From positions 1-56,887 of the forward strand of contig JBIPNL010000001.1 of NCBI GenBank assembly GCA_044373255.1: a stretch of DNA of 56,887 nucleotides, written 5' to 3'. The DNA is from Candidatus Planktophila sp. Lineage in GTDB: Bacteria; Actinomycetota; Actinomycetes; Nanopelagicales; Nanopelagicaceae. Positions 19,940 through 26,504 of this stretch are shown here, piece after piece. The first letter of the stretch is position 1. Each line of letters starts with the position of its first letter. Below the pieces are notes generated by a model. The model saw only the letters and a program-made list of their open reading frames with translations, searched no databases and was not told the origin of the DNA. Both the position numbers and the translations under genes were made by a program.

Positions 19940-19981
19940 AGCGCGATTCTAACGAGAAGGATTCAGTTGCTACTAGTGCGC

Positions 19982-21316
19982 TTATGCAACAGGTGCGATC
20001 TCGGGGAACCACACGAGCGCTTCATCACGGAATGGACCTTCTGCTTCAAGCTGACAGAAGATCCCAGTTGTTCCCATGGTGACTCGATGAATCAATACGT
20101 ATTCAGCAGGCAGATTGAGTTGGAATCCAATCTTCGCTGTTGGGTTTCGCGGATCACCTACTCGTGCACTTTGATCGCGTAACCATTCACGCGAGTATTT
20201 AAAGGTGGGAGTTCGTAGCGGTTCAACGAGGGGAACGAGAAATTCAAGTACTAATTCTGGATCGACGTTTACTTCAGGGAGGATAAATCCATCTTTCTTA
20301 AAGCCGTCGTATAGGTCCTGGGCATTGTCATCGAGTGCGTGCTTGAGCAGGTTTTTAAAGGGTTCCGGGAATCCGTTTGGTAGTCGATTACATGCACCAA
20401 AATCTAAAACGCCGATGCGGCCATCGTCGAGCAATCTGAAATTACCAGGGTGCGGATCTGCGTGCAGTAACCCCGCGCGATCTGGGCAGGTGAAGTGGAA
20501 GCGAGCGATGCGTATTCCTGCGGCATCACGTTCTGCCTTTGTACCGTTCTTGATGATTTGAGCCAGCGGCTTTCCATCAATCCATTGGCTCACGAGAACT
20601 TTTGTTGTTGCATGGAGAACGAGTGGGATCGCGATATCGGGATCATTTTCGTATGCGGCATAACATGCGCGCTGGGCTTCGGCTTCATACAGGTAATCAA
20701 CTTCTTCAATGATGCGCGCACGAAGTTCTTCCATAAGCGGTTTCATATCAACGCCCGGAAGGACAAGGCCGAAGATCTTTGAAAAACGTTGAATCTGATT
20801 GAGATCACTGACGAGCGCATCGGCTGCACCGGGATACTGAATCTTTACCGCAACATGTGTTCCATCACTCCATACAGCGCGATGTACTTGGCCAATTGAT
20901 GCTGATGCGGTTGCTTTATCTTCAAATGAGAGGAAGAGGTCTCGCCAATTTTCTCCGAGCTCTTTTGCCAACACTTTATGGACTACTTTGGCTGGAAGCG
21001 GTGGCGCTGACTCTTGTAACTTAGTCAGCGTTTCACGGTAGGGCTTTGCAAATTCTTCGGGAAGGGCAGCTTCAAAAACGCTGAGCGCTTGGCCGAACTT
21101 CATCGCTCCGCCTTTAAGTTCGCCTAGAACTTTAAAGAGTTGTTCTGCTGTTTTCTCTTGAATATCTGCAAGAACCACCGACGATGATTGACCAACAAGT
21201 TGCTTTCCAATTCCTAGAACGCTACGACCTGCAATACCCACAGGAATTTTCACCATGCGAGCAGAACGAGCACTTGTCGTACTCGGAATCTTTACATCTG
21301 CAGGTTTCTTAGCCAC
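19982..21316 (-). CDS. ABC1/UbiB family atypical kinase (Rv3197-like)
   Basis: LKGGAMKFGQALS, ASIGQVH, VAVKIQYPG, HADPHPGN, LDFGA. Confidence 0.93.
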   Translation of the reverse strand: MAKKPADVKIPSTTSARSARMVKIPVGIAGRSVLGIGKQLVGQSSSVVLADIQEKTAEQLFKVLGELKGGAMKFGQALSVFEAALPEEFAKPYRETLTKLQESAPPLPAKVVHKVLAKELGENWRDLFLSFEDKATASASIGQVHRAVWSDGTHVAVKIQYPGAADALVSDLNQIQRFSKIFGLVLPGVDMKPLMEELRARIIEEVDYLYEAEAQRACYAAYENDPDIAIPLVLHATTKVLVSQWIDGKPLAQIIKNGTKAERDAAGIRIARFHFTCPDRAGLLHADPHPGNFRLLDDGRIGVLDFGACNRLPNGFPEPFKNLLKHALDDNAQDLYDGFKKDGFILPEVNVDPELVLEFLVPLVEPLRTPTFKYSREWLRDQSARVGDPRNPTAKIGFQLNLPAEYVLIHRVTMGTTGIFCQLEAEGPFRDEALVWFPEIAPVA

Positions 21317-21387
21317 ACCCGTATCTTCTCTTTGATCTCACTTTGGCGCCAAATGAAAGTCGGAAAAATGGTGCGAGATGGGCAAGA

Positions 21388-22530
21388 TCACAGCCAGTGG
21401 CATCCGCATTCAGGATTGCGGCCGAGGGCGATGAGTGAACTCTGGCTGAGATTTAAGGTATCGATAGCCATGTAGCCCCCGGTCAACTGACTTCTTCCCT
21501 GATCAATGTGGGCGAGAATAAATGAGGCGATCACACCTGCCAGATAATGCGCGGCAAATACCGGTGGTTGTTGGATCTCGGCTTGCGTACTCAGTGAAAC
21601 TTTATCTGCAACCGCACTCACGCCACCGAGTGCTTGTGCCACAGTAATATCTCGACATCGCGTGCATGGGGTTTTACCTGGCTCAACAATTGGCCCAAAG
21701 ACTAAGTGCCCACCATCAAGTGGTGAAATAACGAGATGCTCATGACCTGATGCCATCCACTGTGCCAAGAGTTGTGGATCTAATTGGCCCGTATGTATTT
21801 TTATAAATCTCTCCGGCTCTGCCTCATCAATTTCTTGCGCATTTTCATGGCTTTCGATCGGAAAGAGGGAGAGTTCTTTCCCAAGAATTTCCATCCTCTG
21901 TTTAAATCCGTGTCCAACATCTGTCGCTCTAATAAATCCTGCGCTGAGATCAGTATCAATAACAGCTGTGGCATCTGATCGCGTGCCCAAGGCAAAGTGA
22001 GTGTAGGTCACTCCGCTTGACAACAAAATTCCATAGAGCAAAATTGCAATTCGATCGCTACCGTAAATTTCAACTCTCACATTTTGGCGCGCATTGATAA
22101 TTGAAACTCCAGAGTCGTGCACACCAGGAAGTAATCGCGCATGAGCTAACTCGGGCGCAACTCTTCTCTGTAATTGCGAGAATGCCGCGTCAGGCAACAT
22201 GTCACGCCGTTGATGTTTAGCAACAGAGTGATAGCGAGTAGTAATTGCTAAGATCGACGGAGTCGTTTCTAGAAATTCATGTTCTTCAAGGTTCCAGAGA
22301 AGCTCACGTAACTCTTCACGTGTGATTCCACATTCGACAGCGATATCAATTCCATCCTCAATCTGGCTACTGAGCATTTCCAGAGCGCGCACGCAACCGT
22401 TCTCGGCGAGCGCGAATGAACTTCGCGCAGTGCCACAGCGCAGACCGATAGCGGTCCGGTAGATATTGATTCCTTCTTTGAGGCGAAGGTGGTTATGGGC
22501 TGTCGTGCTTACATCAGTATGAATTGTCAT
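21388..22530 (-). CDS. ThiF-like / TOMM cyclodehydratase-domain protein (Rv3196-like)
   Basis: GPIVEPGKTPCTRC and C-terminal PECGC; position next to ABC1 kinase; start uncertain (22530 or 22581). Confidence 0.7.
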   Translation of the reverse strand: MTIHTDVSTTAHNHLRLKEGINIYRTAIGLRCGTARSSFALAENGCVRALEMLSSQIEDGIDIAVECGITREELRELLWNLEEHEFLETTPSILAITTRYHSVAKHQRRDMLPDAAFSQLQRRVAPELAHARLLPGVHDSGVSIINARQNVRVEIYGSDRIAILLYGILLSSGVTYTHFALGTRSDATAVIDTDLSAGFIRATDVGHGFKQRMEILGKELSLFPIESHENAQEIDEAEPERFIKIHTGQLDPQLLAQWMASGHEHLVISPLDGGHLVFGPIVEPGKTPCTRCRDITVAQALGGVSAVADKVSLSTQAEIQQPPVFAAHYLAGVIASFILAHIDQGRSQLTGGYMAIDTLNLSQSSLIALGRNPECGCHWL

Positions 22531-22620
22531 GCCGGGAAGAGTTCCACTTCGGCCAGCGCCTACCTGCGAGCGCTTCCACACCTTCGCACCGAGGCGCAGC
22601 TGGCGTCACTGGCAGCTGAG

Positions 22621-22663
22621 AAAAGAATTCACCCCGTATAAGCGTTGGCCTATACGGGGTGAA
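22621..22663 (-). terminator. Intrinsic terminator after DUF5679-like gene
   Basis: 13-bp perfect stem ttcaccccgtata/tatacggggtgaa followed by a T-run on the - strand. Confidence 0.85.
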
Positions 22664-22733
22664 CCTGTAAATCGTTTACTCACCAATTCCAGCTGAACGA
22701 AGCCTGACTATGGCTAGTAGTTATGGTGCGGGA

Positions 22734-22904
22734 TTACTGCGCCTTACCAAGAATACGGTTGACCGTTGTTCCGCATACAGGGCACTTACCCTTTGCCATG
22801 CGGCGACCTGAATCCGAAATGTGAACCATGCCTTCGAAGTCACGCTTCGCTTTGCACTTCACACAGTAGGCATCACCCTTGTAAGCCTCATTTGTCTCTG
22901 CCAT
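22734..22904 (-). CDS. DUF5679-like small zinc-ribbon protein (56 aa)
   Basis: Manual translation MAETNEAYKGDAYCVKCKAKRDFEGMVHISDSGRRMAKGKCPVCGTTVNRILGKAQ*; strong SD AGGAGG; own terminator. Confidence 0.9.
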   Translation of the reverse strand: MAETNEAYKGDAYCVKCKAKRDFEGMVHISDSGRRMAKGKCPVCGTTVNRILGKAQ

Positions 22905-23000
22905 TTTCTAGCCTCCTATCGACGTATGCGCTAGGAGCGCACTCGTTCAGGCTTGACGATACTCCCGCTCACGCTCAAAGTGGGCTCAATTGGGGGAGTT

Positions 23001-23615
23001 TTATCCCAGTTTCTTCAGCTCAACCGGGGCGGCTAAGGCGCGTTCGGCCGCCTCATAGCCGTCGAGATAGGCGCTGGCCAGCTCTCCATCGGGGAATCGG
23101 GCCAAAATGGCAGTGAACTCCTCGCCGTGATCGCTATGGGCAAGGTGAATCGCCTCGTGGAAGAGAACGTAATCCAGGGCGTATTCAGGGGCTAATTGCA
23201 GGCGATCTGAGATGCGAATCGTGCGATCCACGCTCGTACATGAGCCCCACCGCTCTCGCATCGCTCTCCAGCTCACACTCAGCGGGCGTTGCTCGATCTC
23301 GGGGGCGTGCTCGCGCAGCAGGCTATCGATGCGATCAGCTAGCGCGCTCTCGCTGGGGGTGCGGGCTGCTTCTTGGCTGCGGATCTTGGCGATCATCTCA
23401 GGGACCATCGCGCGCTCATCGGCCTTGCTCATGCTGGCTGGAATCGAGATAACAATGCGGCCGCCCTGGCGATAGGCCGAGAGATTGCGCTTTCGTCTTT
23501 TCGACCTGATCACAATAATCTCACCCTCACCAATTCCAGGCAGGGTTACATCATCGTTTTCTAGATGACCACTCTGCTTGCGGTCAGCCAGATTCTGGTC
23601 AGCGCTATTTCCCAT
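23001..23615 (-). CDS. M48/DUF45 (YgjP-like) metal-dependent hydrolase
   Basis: IRSKRRKR, RWGSCT, DYVLFHEAIHL, HGEEF; leaderless TACTTT-N6-ATG. Confidence 0.88.
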   Translation of the reverse strand: MGNSADQNLADRKQSGHLENDDVTLPGIGEGEIIVIRSKRRKRNLSAYRQGGRIVISIPASMSKADERAMVPEMIAKIRSQEAARTPSESALADRIDSLLREHAPEIEQRPLSVSWRAMRERWGSCTSVDRTIRISDRLQLAPEYALDYVLFHEAIHLAHSDHGEEFTAILARFPDGELASAYLDGYEAAERALAAPVELKKLG

Positions 23616-23784
23616 ATTCTAAAAGTACTGCCCATCGATGTCGAAGAGGTGGATGAAGTGGCAGAACCTCAAGTACGTGTTGAGGTTAATGGTGTATTCA
23701 TATACATGCACATAGTAAAAAAACTCTCATAAGTCAATGCGTGGGGCATTTGATTTGTTGCTTCGATCGTCGTAGTTTTCGCAT

Positions 23785-23862
23785 ACGAAGTCCTCGGATA
23801 ACCGTTCTATATCTGCAAGGGGAAGGCAGATATTGGAATGTGCGGCCGGGGACTTCGCTTTT
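23785..23862 (+). ncRNA. Candidate small hairpin RNA (about 78 nt) with its own promoter
   Basis: TTGATT(23750)-N17-TAGTTT(23773); stems cgaagtcctcgg/ccggggacttcg and cgttctatatctgc/gcagatattggaatg with G-U pairs only on the + strand; loop aaggggaag; U-tract at 23859-23862. Confidence 0.55.
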
Positions 23863-25269
23863 CTATAAAAGACCAGAGAGATCATCTGGCACAGCAGTGG
23901 ATGCGATAAATGCAGATGGGTTCTTGAGATCTTCTGCGCTAGGAAGTATCCCAGCCCACAGCGCATCGCGACTTTCAATCTGACTCTCTTCTCGGATAGC
24001 TTTCCAGAACGCGCTCGCCTCACGAGTCAGTCGTGGTGAAACCTCAAGGCCCAATAGCGTTGCAAAGAGTTGCTGAGCAGGAGTAGATGCTGCGCGACGA
24101 CGACGTTGTGTTTCGCGCAACGCTTCGATATTTGGCATGCGATCTCCGGCGGCTGTAACAACCACATCATCAGTCCAACCATCAATGAGAGCGAACACTG
24201 TTTCGAGTTTTTCAAGAGCAGCTTTCTGCTGCGGTGATTCTTCCGGAGAGAAGATTCCATTGTTTAACTCAATCGAGAGGTTAACCTGTCCCTCAATTGG
24301 TTGTGATGGATCAAAGCCACTCATCGCCTCTTCGGCTTGGCGTTGAATCGCTTCAAGATCAATGCGAATTCCGCGCCCATATTCAGTAATAGTGCTCTGT
24401 ATATACGAAACCAGCCATGGGTTATGTGCAAAGAGGCGAGCAACAGCGCTTTCGCGAAGCGCGTGGAAGAGATAGATCTCTGATTGAGGAATTTCTAGAT
24501 CGGCAGACCAGGCAGCGATGTTTTCAGGGATTAATACAGGTCGCGGTGGATCCAGAATCGGTAGGCCCGCATCGTGTGCACCAGTAACAGTTGACGCTAA
24601 CGTACCAATCGATTGACCCAACTGTGTAGCCACCATGGTGGCGATAAATCCGCGCAGTAATCCACCAATGGCTTCAAGCGGAATCGGAGCTTCGGCGCTT
24701 TGTTCTTGTGTTGCCTGCGCCAAAAGATCAGCCATCGCCTCAAGTAGCCCCTGGGCAAGTGGAGCGATATCGCCATGCCAACCAGGGATCGTCAGGTCGA
24801 CCCAATCCGCACGATTGACAGCCGATGCGGCAGTTGGTGAAAGCACGGAAGGAAATGATGTGGATTCGTTAAGCCAGACTTCGGAAATTTCATATGCACT
24901 TGCAATAACGCTTTGATCGCGGGTGCTCAATGGAGCAACGCCTTTTGTTGTAACAAACTTCTTCGCCGTTTCGCGCACCGTACTTATTGGAAGTGGATCG
25001 GCTGGGTTACTCCCTGTTGGTCCAAATCCAGCAAAGCCACCTACTCCTGCCAAACCGGAGAAAAGAGCCGAAAGATTTTCTGGCGTCATCTCTTGCATGT
25101 TATCCATGCCATCAACAGGAATTCCTAATTTTTCAAATTGTTCACGCATCTGGTTCTGGATAGCGCGCAGCATTTCATTGAAATCTTCCGGGCCGTTATT
25201 GTCGGCAGAGCCGTCGTAGCTTCCATCATCTGAACCATCACCGGGTGGAGTAAAACCAAAGGGAGACAT
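23863..25269 (-). CDS. Zinc-dependent metalloprotease-like protein (Rv3195/DUF2342-like)
   Basis: FHALRESA, LETVFALIDGW, RRRRAA-TPAQQLFATLLGLE, PSAEDLKNP; synteny. Confidence 0.85.
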   Translation of the reverse strand: MSPFGFTPPGDGSDDGSYDGSADNNGPEDFNEMLRAIQNQMREQFEKLGIPVDGMDNMQEMTPENLSALFSGLAGVGGFAGFGPTGSNPADPLPISTVRETAKKFVTTKGVAPLSTRDQSVIASAYEISEVWLNESTSFPSVLSPTAASAVNRADWVDLTIPGWHGDIAPLAQGLLEAMADLLAQATQEQSAEAPIPLEAIGGLLRGFIATMVATQLGQSIGTLASTVTGAHDAGLPILDPPRPVLIPENIAAWSADLEIPQSEIYLFHALRESAVARLFAHNPWLVSYIQSTITEYGRGIRIDLEAIQRQAEEAMSGFDPSQPIEGQVNLSIELNNGIFSPEESPQQKAALEKLETVFALIDGWTDDVVVTAAGDRMPNIEALRETQRRRRAASTPAQQLFATLLGLEVSPRLTREASAFWKAIREESQIESRDALWAGILPSAEDLKNPSAFIASTAVPDDLSGLL

Positions 25270-25296
25270 TGTTCCTACCCACCTTTCTTCTGAGCG

Positions 25297-25361
25297 CTAT
25301 TCGCCAGCGAAGTCTTCGCCAGTGAACTATTCGCCAGTGAACTATTCACCAGTGAACTATT
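25297..25361. repeat. 15-bp tandem repeat x4 with palindromic core TTCRC-CA-GYGAA
   Basis: ctattcgccagcgaa / gtcttcgccagtgaa / ctattcgccagtgaa / ctattcaccagtgaa / ctatt. Confidence 0.9.
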
Positions 25362-25467
25362 TAAGTAGAACACATCGGAGGCAGAATTTCTTCCCCGTTG
25401 CCGATACTTTTTGTATCTTCGTTTACGTCGAGGTGCAGTGGGCGATTTTGCGACTAGGCTATGGCGC

Positions 25468-25713
25468 ATGTCCAATGCATTTCTAGCCCTGATCTGGTGG
25501 GTCATCCCCGCCGGAGCGCTCGTTGGCGCGTTGGGATATGTGCTTTGGGTGACAAAGTTTAAAGATCGCTATGAGACCCAGACTTCACGCTCAGTAGATC
25601 AGTTTCAGCGATTCCAGGGCGCATTTAACCAAGCGCAGGTTGCCAATGACGGTGAAGATTCCACTGAAGGCATCAAGAGAAAGAACAATCCGCAACGAGG
25701 AGAAGGAAAATAA
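25468..25713 (+). CDS. Small single-TM membrane protein
   Basis: MSNAFLALIWWVIPAGALVGALGYVLW...; TAGGCT-N7-ATG at 25468; precedes the Lon-like gene. Confidence 0.75.
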   Translation: MSNAFLALIWWVIPAGALVGALGYVLWVTKFKDRYETQTSRSVDQFQRFQGAFNQAQVANDGEDSTEGIKRKNNPQRGEGK

Positions 25714-25721
25714 TTCGCTCC

Positions 25722-26504
25722 TTGATATTTCCGCGATTGCCGCGGCTATCTACTGCCCTTATCTATACTTTTTTTATCGCAGCCTTTCTCTCTCCATTGC
25801 AATATGTGGCGATAGCACCAGGCACGCCGCAAGGAATATTTCCTGAAATTGTAAAAGTTGATTCCAAGGGCGATGCCAAGGGATATCCCACTGATGGCCA
25901 GTTCTATCTGCTGACTATTCGCGTCACATCACCAGGTTCATATCTTTCGGGAGTTGAAGGAATTTATCGCTGGGTGCGAACAGATCATGTGCTTCTTCCT
26001 AGCAGTGTGATTTATCCGCCCGGGCTAACCGATGAAGAAGAAGAGAAACAGTCGAAGGAAGAGATGAAAGGCTCACAAGATTTTGCGCGAACAGTAGCGC
26101 TGGACTATCTCATCCGGAATTATCCAAATGGCGGGTATGAAAAGTTACAGGCAGAAGATATTTTGATTGATGTAAAAAACACAGGCGGGCCCAGTGGGGG
26201 CATGATCTTTACCTTGGCAGTAATCGAGTTACTAACGAAGGAGAACCTACTCAACGGTCGCTCCGTGGCAGGAACTGGAACGATTGAGAAAGATGGAAAG
26301 ATCGGCGCTATCGGAGGAATCGAAGAGAAACTCGTGGCAGCACAGCGGGCGGGTGTCGACCTATTTTTAGCCCCTAAGGAGAATTGTTCAGAACTTTCTT
26401 CTATACCTGAGGGCATCACAGTGGCTGCGGTGGGAACTCTTGATGAGGCGGTTGCCGCGCTCAGTTCGAAGAGACCGAAGGGTTGCGATAGTTTAGGCGC
26501 ATGA
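25722..26504 (+). CDS. YlbL/Rv3194c-like S16 (Lon C-terminal) serine protease, PDZ domain apparently absent
   Basis: N-terminal TM, GGPSGG (Ser), AGTGTI, IGGIEEK (Lys), FLAP-ENC. Confidence 0.88.
   Translation: MIFPRLPRLSTALIYTFFIAAFLSPLQYVAIAPGTPQGIFPEIVKVDSKGDAKGYPTDGQFYLLTIRVTSPGSYLSGVEGIYRWVRTDHVLLPSSVIYPPGLTDEEEEKQSKEEMKGSQDFARTVALDYLIRNYPNGGYEKLQAEDILIDVKNTGGPSGGMIFTLAVIELLTKENLLNGRSVAGTGTIEKDGKIGAIGGIEEKLVAAQRAGVDLFLAPKENCSELSSIPEGITVAAVGTLDEAVAALSSKRPKGCDSLGA

Noticed and set aside
21388-22904. Possible RiPP/TOMM cluster (cyclodehydratase-like gene plus small Cys protein)
   Set aside because: No YcaO, dehydrogenase or transporter; this is the conserved Rv3196-like housekeeping neighbourhood and the small ORF is a zinc ribbon
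23671-23737. - strand TTGACT...TACTAT promoter and 12-aa ORF MYMNTPLTSTRT
   Set aside because: Spacer is only 14 nt and the peptide has no supporting features
25275-25505. 76-aa ORF spanning the 15-bp repeat
   Set aside because: Open frame is explained by the 15-bp periodicity; it overlaps the divergent gene's promoter and start
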